DNA of 24,946 nt from an uncultured Candidatus Bathyarchaeia archaeon (GCA_964450845.1 CAYVGZ010000011.1:1-24946), one strand, 5' to 3'. Shown: positions 7,548 to 16,451, counted from the first letter of the stretch. Program-made: numbers and translations. Notes: generated by a model not told the origin, from the letters alone.

Positions 7548-8480
7548 TCATCCCATTAGTCTAGCGCCCTGAATGTCAACTTGGGATACGAGAATTTTTT
7601 CTTTTGGCAAAACCCGCTTAAAAGCTTGAACCACATTTTCAGCATTTTCTAATGTTGTAAGCGCATGAACTGCTTCACCCACCATATTTTGCGTTGCACC
7701 TATTGCGCCAGCTTCTTCAGCAAGTCTTATCAACGTTCTCACACGTTCCGTCATAAACCCCGTCTTCTCAGCAAAGTCGCAGCAACAAGCTAAGAAGTTT
7801 TCAAGGGAAGGCTCGGAAAGAATTTTCTCTAAAGTTTTTTTACCCCACTTGTTGACTGCTAGACGCTTTTCAGGGGAAGCCAGCACTTCCTTCGTTGGTA
7901 TAGGCCCAAAGACTCCAGCAACAATTACATAATCTGTGGATATGGGTATTCGGTCTATAATGGCTATTCCAGGCGCACCAGGCTCTATGGTGAGTATGCA
8001 TCCGCCGAGCATTAGTGGTCCGACTGTGCCTAAACCTGTTTTACATTTAACTTCAGCGACATGCGCAATTCTGCCTATCTGATTATAAGTCAAATCTAGA
8101 CCTAACGCTTTTGATAATGCTAAAGCCGTGGTTAACGCTCCAGCAGCACTTGAACCGAACCCTGCACCAATTGGGACATCAACTCTATGCTTAACCACAA
8201 CATTGTAGGTTCCGCTGACCTTGCTAAGCAACATTTGCACTACAGTTTTTGTTGTTCTAGCTTCGAGTAGAGACTTTCCGTTAATACTGACTTTTACAGA
8301 GTTCTTTTCCGCTTCCGTTACACTTGTTTTTGTTAATACTCCTTTCTTAATTCCGAAGCCTCCGCCTCGGGCACCTACTTGTTCAAGATTAAGTATAGGT
8401 TTCCCATCAGCCGTTGTATCACAAATCTCGAAAAAACTTGATATACCTGCTGGAGAGAAAGCCTTCGAGGTTTTACTCAA
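7548..8480 (-). CDS. pok: Pantoate kinase (GHMP family)
   Basis: N-terminal FSPAGISSFF, GHMP motif PIGAGFGSSAAG, AHVAEV...TGLGTV, NMVGEAV. Confidence 0.85.
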   Translation of the reverse strand: MSKTSKAFSPAGISSFFEICDTTADGKPILNLEQVGARGGGFGIKKGVLTKTSVTEAEKNSVKVSINGKSLLEARTTKTVVQMLLSKVSGTYNVVVKHRVDVPIGAGFGSSAAGALTTALALSKALGLDLTYNQIGRIAHVAEVKCKTGLGTVGPLMLGGCILTIEPGAPGIAIIDRIPISTDYVIVAGVFGPIPTKEVLASPEKRLAVNKWGKKTLEKILSEPSLENFLACCCDFAEKTGFMTERVRTLIRLAEEAGAIGATQNMVGEAVHALTTLENAENVVQAFKRVLPKEKILVSQVDIQGARLMG

Positions 8481-8482
8481 AA

Positions 8483-9253
8483 TTACTCTTTCCTTGGTTC
8501 GGTTTTCTGGGAAACTCTTAGTGATGGATAGGCTTTATAGCACGCCTTTATTATGGGAGGTCCAAGGAGAAGAATGAAAGGGATTTCTGTGGCGAATGTC
8601 CAGACAAATATTATAGGGATAAACAAAGATGATATAGGAGCCGTGAAATAGCCTGTGGGAGCAAAGAAAACTTGGCTGTAGGCCCACACCACTATAGCTA
8701 TAATTGTACTCCCAAGTCCTAATCCTATTATGGATCCAGCAACATAATTTCTCCATTCACTCCAAAATCTAGCAACAATTACCATAACAAGCGAACTTAC
8801 AACAACTGTCAAAACAAACAAAAGAATAATTTCTAAAGATGACAAGTTGGACGAGAAGTAAGCTACGGATTCAGCTGGTAGCAAAATCGTGGGCAACAGA
8901 AGACCAATAGCAATGATTATACCGCCTATAATTGCACTTATGCTTATTTTTTTCCAACCAAGATTTGTACAAGAAATGTAACCGATGATGAAGAACCCGA
9001 CAAAATTGGCTGTAACACCAGCGGATAGGCTCAGCAATGGGTCTCCATGAAATAGCATGTCTCTAATGAATATTCCGATAGCTGCTCCTATTCCTCCAGT
9101 CCAAGGTCCAAATAAAACAGCGAAAATGGCTGGTATTACTGCTGCAGGCCAGAATGCGACTCCGCCTACTGTAATACCTAAGTCTGTTAAACGTCCTACT
9201 ACAGCGTACAAAGCTGCACAAACCCCCACCATTGCAACGTCTAGTGCCTTCAT
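8483..9253 (-). CDS. ECF transporter S-component-like membrane protein (long, 256 aa)
   Basis: N-terminal A-x-x-x-A-type helix (VCAALYAV) and LFGPWTGGIGAAIG motif typical of S components. Carries extra central TM segments. Confidence 0.7.
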   Translation of the reverse strand: MKALDVAMVGVCAALYAVVGRLTDLGITVGGVAFWPAAVIPAIFAVLFGPWTGGIGAAIGIFIRDMLFHGDPLLSLSAGVTANFVGFFIIGYISCTNLGWKKISISAIIGGIIIAIGLLLPTILLPAESVAYFSSNLSSLEIILLFVLTVVVSSLVMVIVARFWSEWRNYVAGSIIGLGLGSTIIAIVVWAYSQVFFAPTGYFTAPISSLFIPIIFVWTFATEIPFILLLGPPIIKACYKAYPSLRVSQKTEPRKE

Positions 9254-9312
9254 GTAATCTCCTTCCTCGTTTTGTCAATGTGGGTTTTCTAAATAAGAGT
9301 TTTCTATGAATT

Positions 9313-9330
9313 GTTTATACATGTTTAAAC
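9313..9330. promoter_or_regulatory. 18-bp near-perfect palindrome GTTTATACATGTTTAAAC, candidate operator
   Basis: 8 of 9 pairs complementary. Lies between the divergent S-component and rbkR genes. Confidence 0.4.
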
Positions 9331-9463
9331 TTTCTGATGATAAATCCATTGAATATTACACTGTTGCACACATGTTATGGAGCCTAATCTATGTGCCTGA
9401 ATTTTCGAGCCGCTTAAATATGCATTGTATTAACTTCTAACTAGCGGAAACTGAGGCTTTGAA

Positions 9464-10153
9464 ATGACTGAAAAGCATGAGTGGCGTCATGTTTTTATAC
9501 TCTTAAAGTTAGCTGAGATGGGAGCACATCGAAGAACAGCCAAAATTTCCACAGAATATTTAGCCGGAAAGTTGGGGATTTCCCAGCAGACGGCTTCGCG
9601 TTATTTAATTGAATTGGATAGCAATGGATGGGTTAAACGGACTATGACGCCTGAAGGCTGTCTCTTAAAAATCACGGATGCAGGCATTAAAGAACTGAAA
9701 AGTCTTTATTCGAATCTGCGTTTTTTGATGGAGGCTACTTATCCTCCCTCAATAACTTTAGAGGGCGTAGTTTTTACGGGATTAGGTGAGGGAGCCTATT
9801 ATATCTCAAAAGAGCGTTATAGGAAGCAGTTTATAGAGAGACTGGGCTTTGAACCTTATCCTGGCACGCTTAATTTGAAACTTACAACTGATTATGATGT
9901 TAAGACCCGCTCAGAACTTGAAGCTTACCCAGCAATTGAAATTGAAGGTTTCACAAATGAAGACCGCACTTTTGGATCGGTGAAATGCTATCCAGTAACA
10001 ATAGAGAACAAAGTGAAGGGTGCCTTGATTTTAGCTTTAAGAAGCCACTATGACACTTCAGTGATCGAGGTTATTGCTCCTGTTTTTCTGCGGAAACATC
10101 TTAAACTGAAAGATGGGCATAAAGTGAAAGTGGAAGTTTTAACGCTTCCATAA
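9464..10153 (+). CDS. ribK: Bifunctional CTP-dependent riboflavin kinase / HTH regulator (RbkR type)
   Basis: N-terminal wHTH (LAGKLGISQQTASRYL) fused to a kinase domain (GVVFTGLGEGAYY, GFEPYPGTLN). Confidence 0.92.
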   Translation: MTEKHEWRHVFILLKLAEMGAHRRTAKISTEYLAGKLGISQQTASRYLIELDSNGWVKRTMTPEGCLLKITDAGIKELKSLYSNLRFLMEATYPPSITLEGVVFTGLGEGAYYISKERYRKQFIERLGFEPYPGTLNLKLTTDYDVKTRSELEAYPAIEIEGFTNEDRTFGSVKCYPVTIENKVKGALILALRSHYDTSVIEVIAPVFLRKHLKLKDGHKVKVEVLTLP

Positions 10154-10169
10154 AACTTTAACCTTTAGT

Positions 10170-10802
10170 TTAGAAAGAATAGCGATAGTTATAAGTATGT
10201 GTTACAGCGCGTCTGCGTGTTGCTCCAAGCACATAACCAATCAACAATCCAATAACCAAACCGCCAAGATGAGCTAGAACGTTCACATCTGGACCTGAAC
10301 TAATGATCAGGAGAAAGAAGGCGTACATTAACGCGCTTATTATCGACTGCCCAATCGCACGTCTAAAGTAAATGATACATGCGCCAAACATTCCAAAAAT
10401 AGCTCCTGAAGCTCCTGCAGAAACAAAGAGAATGCCAGGAGCACTGTAAGGTCCAAACGCTAATGACAGCAAGTTTCCAGTTAAACCGCTTAGGAAGTAG
10501 ATGAGAAGATACTCTTTGAGGGAAAACAAGTCTTCTGCTCTAAGCCCAAAAATGAGTAGAAAAAACATGTTACCCAGCAAGTGTGTGATGTTGACGTGGA
10601 CAAACATGGCTGTAAAAAGTTGCCAGTACCAGCCGTGATAGATAACAAAATAGTTCACTTGCCCAAACCAAAAGATTGCATCCTCACCTGTTGTTATGAA
10701 GTCTCCGCCAATTATGGAAGTGTAAACATAAAAAATTATGTTCAATGTGATGATTATGTAGGTTGGCATGTACTCTTTAGAACTCTTAAACAAGGCGTTC
10801 AT
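10170..10802 (-). CDS. Rhomboid family intramembrane serine protease
   Basis: WQLFTAMFVH, HLLGNM, GASG (catalytic Ser), AHLGG (catalytic His). Confidence 0.93.
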   Translation of the reverse strand: MNALFKSSKEYMPTYIIITLNIIFYVYTSIIGGDFITTGEDAIFWFGQVNYFVIYHGWYWQLFTAMFVHVNITHLLGNMFFLLIFGLRAEDLFSLKEYLLIYFLSGLTGNLLSLAFGPYSAPGILFVSAGASGAIFGMFGACIIYFRRAIGQSIISALMYAFFLLIISSGPDVNVLAHLGGLVIGLLIGYVLGATRRRAVTHTYNYRYSF

Positions 10803-11266
10803 CTTTTGAAGTCTTCAATGATTTTCTGTTTAATCTTTGAGGAACTGTCCAACTCGTCTTCACCAAACTTGCCAATTTTCACAATTTTTATCTTCAACCC
10901 TCTTTCCTTTACATGATTTCTTACCGTTTGTTCCATGTTGGTCTTATGGCTGTCGTGGCCAATAGCTATAATGTTAGGCTTGATTTTCTCGATGACTTTT
11001 TGCATGTTAAAGTCTTCGTAGCCAAGAATCGCCTCATCAACAACTTTTAACGATTCTAAAAGGGCGCGTCTCTGATTTTCGGGCATAATGGGTTTCTTAC
11101 CCTTCCTCTTTTCCACAGTGCTGTCTCTAGCTACAATTACTATAAGTTCAGCGTTTCTTCCACCAGCCTTTTTTGCTTCTTCAAGAAACTTTACGTGTCC
11201 AAGATGCAGCAAGTCAAATACGCCTGAAGCCAAAACTATCTTTCGCTTTTTCTTTTCACGGGCCAT
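10799..11266 (-). CDS. ribL: FAD synthase (archaeal cytidylyltransferase-like family)
   Basis: ASGVFDLLHLGH, VARD, LKVVDEAILG and SSSKIK motifs. Sits in the dph5-DUF357 gene context. Confidence 0.85.
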   Translation of the reverse strand: MAREKKKRKIVLASGVFDLLHLGHVKFLEEAKKAGGRNAELIVIVARDSTVEKRKGKKPIMPENQRRALLESLKVVDEAILGYEDFNMQKVIEKIKPNIIAIGHDSHKTNMEQTVRNHVKERGLKIKIVKIGKFGEDELDSSSKIKQKIIEDFKR

Positions 11267-11517
11267 TCGAATTTCACGGCTCCCAACAGTTTTAACGCAT
11301 CAAGTAAGCCTTCGCAATAGGCAACAGAAGCCAAGCTTACCTCAAATTTCTTTTCATCCCTATAGTATTTGGCGTCCTCTAAATAGGCTTTGGCAGATTC
11401 CAACACGTTCTTAACACTTAACACATCAATATTTGTGCGAGTTTCAGCAATCTCCATTTCGCGGAAGACATGTTCAGCAGAACCGATGTACTTAGAAACA
11501 AGCTCCTCCAAACTCAT
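11236..11517 (-). CDS. DUF357 domain protein
   Basis: AKAYLEDAKYY...ASVAYCEGLLDA motif. Immediately follows dph5. Confidence 0.85.
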   Translation of the reverse strand: MSLEELVSKYIGSAEHVFREMEIAETRTNIDVLSVKNVLESAKAYLEDAKYYRDEKKFEVSLASVAYCEGLLDALKLLGAVKFEWPVKRKSER

Positions 11518-12317
11518 TTAGCATCCTTCCTCAACTTTTCTGGACCGCCAGCCAACACTATGAGGGCTTCTGCTTCCATAAAGTGAAGTTTGCCTGGAAA
11601 AATGACGCTGTAGGGCGGTTCTCCAAAATCGTAAACCAACAATTTCTTCACAGAATCAGCTTTAACGGTCGGATTGTTGCTTCCTGCCCTAGCTATTCCA
11701 ACTGCAAGCGAATCTCTTGTGATTATTCCCTTTTTCTTTTTTTCTTCTATTTTCAAAAGAGAACCCAAGCCTTCATGAATGCTGAGGTAACGTTTCTCTT
11801 CAGCCTTGATATCTAGTAGACAAAGAGTATGAAGCCCAAGTTTTTTGTTTTGTGCTATAACATCGTATGGAGTTTCAGAAGGGGTTTCGTCTGGGAAAGG
11901 TATTGTCACGCTTTTCCCGAACTTATAATTGTGTAAACCAGACAAACCTATAACTGCAGAAATGATGGAAGCCCCGTGGACTATGCGAGTTTTTATTCTA
12001 CGCTTTTCAGCTTCTATTCTTAAGGCAACATGCGTTGTGGCTATTAGTGGATCACCAGGAACAAGCAGAACAGTCTTACCATTTTTAGCAGCTTTTAAAA
12101 CAGCTTCTCCATTTTCTTCTTCAAGCTCCCTTCTCGAAACAACTTTAAGCCTCTTTCCAGAAATATCCTCAAAGCGCTTTAATGAAAAATTCGGCAAGAA
12201 ACTCGTGTAAACCTCTATAAAGGCGGCGTCTGCGGTTTTGACTTCTTCTAAACCACGTAAACTTATTCCCATCTCGTCATTTAAACCAAGTCCGACAAAA
12301 ATAATTTCACCCAACAT
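11514..12317 (-). CDS. dph5: Diphthine synthase
   Basis: IFVGLGL, EVYTS, GDPLIATTH, LHNYKFGKSVTIPF and GLHTLCLLDI motifs. ATG 12317 preferred over the ORF-track start at 12335. Confidence 0.95.
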   Translation of the reverse strand: MLGEIIFVGLGLNDEMGISLRGLEEVKTADAAFIEVYTSFLPNFSLKRFEDISGKRLKVVSRRELEEENGEAVLKAAKNGKTVLLVPGDPLIATTHVALRIEAEKRRIKTRIVHGASIISAVIGLSGLHNYKFGKSVTIPFPDETPSETPYDVIAQNKKLGLHTLCLLDIKAEEKRYLSIHEGLGSLLKIEEKKKKGIITRDSLAVGIARAGSNNPTVKADSVKKLLVYDFGEPPYSVIFPGKLHFMEAEALIVLAGGPEKLRKDAK

Positions 12318-12425
12318 TTTCAGCCTCACAATCAAAATTTAGGATTAGACTTAAAACTGTTGACTTTCTCAACGCATTGTCATAAACAGAACCAGCTTAA
12401 TAAGATTCGGAAGCCAAAAGCTAAA

Positions 12426-12433
12426 TTTATTAA
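12426..12433 (+). promoter_or_regulatory. TATA box of the tRNA gene (TTTATTAA)
   Basis: About 32 bp upstream of tRNA position 1, with an A-rich BRE-like sequence upstream. Confidence 0.55.
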
Positions 12434-12464
12434 AGCGAGATGAAATGCATAATCCACGAAGAAG

Positions 12465-12563
12465 GGGCCCGTAGCTCAGTAAGGCTAGAGCACCGGACTC
12501 TTAAGTGCAAAAGTTCACGCAGGCATCCGGGTGTCACGGGTTCAATTCCCGTCGGGCCCGCCA
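12465..12563 (+). tRNA. tRNA-Lys(CUU) with a 21-nt intron at the canonical 37/38 position (12504-12524); CCA encoded
   Basis: Acceptor GGGCCCG/CGGGCCC with G discriminator and CCA. D arm GCTC/GAGC. Anticodon stem CCGGA/TCCGG with loop CT-CTT-A|A. T arm ACGGG-TTCAATT-CCCGT. BHB-like splice motif. Confidence 0.93.
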
Positions 12564-12602
12564 TCATCGAAACTTTCCTAAATTAAAAAAGGGCGCCTAC
12601 GT

Positions 12603-13658
12603 ATGGTTGACTGGTCAAAGATTTTAGAAAAAAGTCCAATCGATTGGCTTCTCGAAGAAACAAATCCATCCGTTCGTTACTTTACGTTGCGCGACATCCT
12701 CGACAAAGACGAAAATAACCCTCAACTCGTAGTTGCAAAACAAGCCATCCCAAAATCAGAAGTGGTAAAAAAAATATTACAGAAGCAAAAACCAGATGGG
12801 TACTGGGAAGAACCAGCAAAACCTTACCTTCCGAAGTACAAGTCTTCTTATTGGCAGATAATGATTCTTGGACAGTTGGGCATGGATAAAACTGATAAAA
12901 GGATTGAAAAAGCCTGCGAACACATTTTCCAATTTCAATTTGAAGAAGGTGGCTTCACATCTGAAACCAGAGAAACAGCACTCATGGAATATCGTTGGCT
13001 CTTGAAAAGAGGAAAAAAGCTGCCTCCCTATGACAAGTGGATATCTAACATTATTTTTGAACAGCAACTTTCATGTCTCACTGGAAACATGGTCGTAGCT
13101 CTGATTAGACTTGGATACGAAAATGATTCTCGAGTGCACAAAGCCATAAAATGGCTTGTTAAAATTCAAAACAAAGACGGAGGATGGCTCTGTCCATACT
13201 GGAAAGCCCACATCAAAGACAAACATGGATGCTTCCATGGAACAATTTGCCCCTTAGAAGCCTTTTCGGAAGTGAAGAAGGAAAATTTAACTAAAGAAAT
13301 GAAGAAAGCGATTGAAAAAGGCGAAGAATTTCTACTTATGCATCGTTTATTTAAGGCTGACCATCACGGCTATAAGGTGATTAACCAATCTTGGTTAAAG
13401 CTGAGTTTCCCATGGTTTTACGGATACAACATCCTAAGAGGATTAGATGTCTTAGCCAAACTTGGTTATGTGAAGGATGAACGTTCAAACGATGCTGTCG
13501 AGATTCTCTTACAAAAGCGGCAAAGCAGTGGAGCGTGGATTTTGGAAAGTGCTCCAATTGGAAGAATGCAAACTAACATAGAAGCAAAGGGCAAACCTAG
13601 CAAGTGGATCACCCTCATTGCTTTAAGAGTGCTAAAGCGTCTTGGTGACGAGAGGTAA
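12603..13658 (+). CDS. Prenyltransferase/squalene-cyclase-like (alpha/alpha)-barrel protein of unknown function
   Basis: Repeated QW-like motifs: QKPDGYW, QFEEGGF, QNKDGGW, RQSSGAW. Confidence 0.75.
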   Translation: MVDWSKILEKSPIDWLLEETNPSVRYFTLRDILDKDENNPQLVVAKQAIPKSEVVKKILQKQKPDGYWEEPAKPYLPKYKSSYWQIMILGQLGMDKTDKRIEKACEHIFQFQFEEGGFTSETRETALMEYRWLLKRGKKLPPYDKWISNIIFEQQLSCLTGNMVVALIRLGYENDSRVHKAIKWLVKIQNKDGGWLCPYWKAHIKDKHGCFHGTICPLEAFSEVKKENLTKEMKKAIEKGEEFLLMHRLFKADHHGYKVINQSWLKLSFPWFYGYNILRGLDVLAKLGYVKDERSNDAVEILLQKRQSSGAWILESAPIGRMQTNIEAKGKPSKWITLIALRVLKRLGDER

Positions 13659-13662
13659 ACCG

Positions 13663-14163
13663 TTATTCGCCAATCCCTTTCTGATATGCGTCTATCAAGT
13701 AATTGAATGTGAAGGACTTCATTATGACACTTCCCGATATGCTCATGAGAAAGACTTTGAAATCTTCGAGATATTTGCCCCAGTCTCTCCTAAAAACGTG
13801 GTAAAATTTTACGAAATCAGCGTAATCCTTATGGATCGAAACCATCACAGCGTCTGAATCTATCCCTTGACCAGTGCTTATAAACATCACGTTCGGCTGA
13901 TCCTTCGCCCATTCCTTTCCTTTGTCCCAAAGAGGGTGCACAAGCTCCTTTGAACGGAAAAGTGTCAAGGCTAGTATGTCAAAGCCAAGATAGGAAAGAT
14001 TCGGGATTATAGTATACTGTTTTATCGCTTCTCTTTCTAGAACTTTCCTTAGCCGAGTTACAGTAGGCTGGGAAATGTCTAGGATCTTCGCTAGGTCTCT
14101 GTCGCTTCGCTTCGAATTTTTAATCAATTCGAAAAGTAGTTTGACTAGTTTTTCTTGTTTCAT
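13663..14163 (-). CDS. Lrp/AsnC family transcriptional regulator
   Basis: N-terminal HTH (NSKRSDRDLAKILDISQPTVTR) followed by a RAM-like domain. Confidence 0.85.
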   Translation of the reverse strand: MKQEKLVKLLFELIKNSKRSDRDLAKILDISQPTVTRLRKVLEREAIKQYTIIPNLSYLGFDILALTLFRSKELVHPLWDKGKEWAKDQPNVMFISTGQGIDSDAVMVSIHKDYADFVKFYHVFRRDWGKYLEDFKVFLMSISGSVIMKSFTFNYLIDAYQKGIGE

Positions 14164-14236
14164 AAATAACTTTTATGCTGAAATCCCTTATGAAACTTTG
14201 CACTAATCCAGACATTTTTGATAAGTATTTAATGAT

Positions 14237-15271
14237 TTAGAGGTTAGCTTTTGCGCATTTGACAACATTTACTGTTCTCTGCAAAAGAAGTTGAGCTGCC
14301 TCTTGTGTAGGCCATCCGCCTAAGCCACAGTCAGGACCTGTAAAAGTCATTCTATCTCCATATTTTTCTTTGGCTGTTACAAATCTTTTTCTTATAGTTG
14401 CTTCGCTTTCAACCAATTGCTCTGCATTTGGTTTCATTATGCCCTTCTCATATAGTTCTGCCATAATTGAGTTTATGTCTGTTCGTGATACTCCAACCCT
14501 TATCTGCTTGTCCGCTCGCTCCAGCATTTTTTTTGAAACTTCTTCGATGTTTTTAGGAGATGCTGCATACTCAAACGATAACACATCAAGATTTTTAACG
14601 TCCAATATGTTGGCAACCCTTGATGGAGAATGTAAATGAACCTGTTTTGTAACACCATTGAAATCGAAGGCTTTTTCAAGAGCGTCTAAAATTGTGTCTT
14701 CATCGGCAGATATGTCTTGAAATCCAAAGCTGGGCTCATCCAGTGACACCACTTCTGTTTTGATGTATTTGGAATTTAGAATAGAATTTTTTGCAAATCG
14801 TTTTACAGTTTCTGCAAGCATTAAGAGAATGTCCTTATAAGCTATGGTTCCAATCTCTTTCAGATACAATTCCATAGGTCCTGTAACACATACACGAAGC
14901 AAAACTTTTTTCCCAGTTTCTTCACAGATTCTTTTTGCTTCGTCATTAATTACATGCACTTCTGGCATAATTGCCTGTTTTTCGTCGACTGCATATGTGC
15001 CTTTATCCATAGCCCTGTGGATAACATCTGTAAATTGCCAATGCATGTCGCAATGTTGCGGGTAGTTAACAACATCCAAACCTGTGTCGAATTTTTTCTT
15101 GAAGGAATCAATTATAACTCGGCAAAAATTGTTGAGGATGAACTCATCTTTTCTGAAATCTTTTTCATTTATTAATGCGTCTCTTGTACGAACATATGCT
15201 TCATTGAACAATTTTCTATCCACATAATCGGGTAACGGAAAACTTCCCACATCATCAACCAGAGTATTCAT
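14237..15271 (-). CDS. Core (single-barrel) MetE-like methionine synthase family protein
   Basis: N-terminal DDVGSFP, VTGP, SLDEPS and PDCGL motifs. Zn ligands appear as H-x-H...E...C. Confidence 0.75.
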   Translation of the reverse strand: MNTLVDDVGSFPLPDYVDRKLFNEAYVRTRDALINEKDFRKDEFILNNFCRVIIDSFKKKFDTGLDVVNYPQHCDMHWQFTDVIHRAMDKGTYAVDEKQAIMPEVHVINDEAKRICEETGKKVLLRVCVTGPMELYLKEIGTIAYKDILLMLAETVKRFAKNSILNSKYIKTEVVSLDEPSFGFQDISADEDTILDALEKAFDFNGVTKQVHLHSPSRVANILDVKNLDVLSFEYAASPKNIEEVSKKMLERADKQIRVGVSRTDINSIMAELYEKGIMKPNAEQLVESEATIRKRFVTAKEKYGDRMTFTGPDCGLGGWPTQEAAQLLLQRTVNVVKCAKANL

Positions 15272-15401
15272 ACAAAAAAGTTAACCGCTGAACCATTTAA
15301 AACTAGTCTTCACTCGCAAAATCTTTGATGCTGTGACGCTTGTTTTTTATAGTAAAAGATATAAGCTGCTGCTACTTCGTGAGCATTGGTTGAGATTTAA
15401 T

Positions 15402-16358
15402 ATGAATATTTGGAAACTTCGCATGTCCATGTTGGGCACACTAGCCATAATAATAGGCCTATCTACACTAGTTTTCACAGTAGTTCTAAGCTTAGCAGGC
15501 TCTTTAGACATAATGGCCTTAGGCGTTTTAGTGGTTGCCTTCAACATTGGTCAATGGTTAATATCACCATACATAATTGACGCCCTCTATCGCACACGCG
15601 AGTTGCCTGTGAATGAAGATCCAAAACTGCATGAAATAGTTGAAAATCTTAGCAAAAAAAGTGGAATAAAAAAGCCGAGGTTGATGGTTGCTCAAATTCC
15701 GATTCCAAATGCATTTGCTTATGGTTCGCCTATAGCTGGAAACCGCGTGGCAGTTACGAGCGGTCTACTGAAAACGTTGGAAAGTGAGGAAGTTGAGGCT
15801 GTTATTGGACATGAGCTTGGACACTTGAAACATAGGGACGTGCAAATAATGATGTTTGTGTCGCTACTGCCAGCATTGTTAACGTACATAGGTTATTCGC
15901 TTATGCTTTCGTCCATGTATCGTCAAAGAGAAGGGGGCGGCGGATCGGCATTGTTGGGCATAGGGTTTATGGCTTTCTCATGGGTATTAAACATGTTTAT
16001 ACTTTATCTAAGTCGTCTGCGTGAATATTACGCGGATAGACACAGCGTCTTAATAGTTGATGATGGTCCGCGGAAACTTTCAGAAGGCTTAGCAAAAATA
16101 GTTAACACGACTAGAAACATGAAAAAAGTCAGAAAGGAGACACAAAACCTAAGCTCCTTTAAAGCATTATTCATAGCCGACCCAGACCATGCAGACACAG
16201 ACTCCATGGCAATATCGGCAATAGCAGCATCAAGTGACCAAAAACTAGTCCAAGAAATCATGTCACAGAAGCTGACGACAATCGACAGAATAACAGAAAT
16301 TTTTTCAACACACCCTAACATAATCAAACGACTTAAAGCTCTGCAAGAAGCAAGTTAG
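15402..16358 (+). CDS. htpX: Zinc metalloprotease HtpX (M48)
   Basis: PNAFAYG, HELGH (HExxH), SRLREYYAD and FSTHP motifs. ATG 15402 preferred over 15333. Confidence 0.93.
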   Translation: MNIWKLRMSMLGTLAIIIGLSTLVFTVVLSLAGSLDIMALGVLVVAFNIGQWLISPYIIDALYRTRELPVNEDPKLHEIVENLSKKSGIKKPRLMVAQIPIPNAFAYGSPIAGNRVAVTSGLLKTLESEEVEAVIGHELGHLKHRDVQIMMFVSLLPALLTYIGYSLMLSSMYRQREGGGGSALLGIGFMAFSWVLNMFILYLSRLREYYADRHSVLIVDDGPRKLSEGLAKIVNTTRNMKKVRKETQNLSSFKALFIADPDHADTDSMAISAIAASSDQKLVQEIMSQKLTTIDRITEIFSTHPNIIKRLKALQEAS

Positions 16359-16451
16359 CAACAACACATTCTGCTAAACATTCTTTTTGTTTCTCTGTCT
16401 GCAGCAAAACATTAAAGTTAACAAGCAACACTTTATTTCAAGCTATTAAAT

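Noticed and set aside
9335-9400. Possible C/D box sRNA (TGATGA...CTGA)
   Set aside because: No convincing D'/C' pair or guide spacing, and it overlaps divergent promoter DNA.
12603-13658. NifH label sometimes attached to this protein family in databases
   Set aside because: No P-loop or nitrogenase Fe-protein Cys motifs; the repeats indicate a prenyltransferase-like barrel.
12540-14236. tRNA-Lys 3' end duplication marking an integrated island
   Set aside because: No second copy of the tRNA 3' sequence was found by eye in the window.
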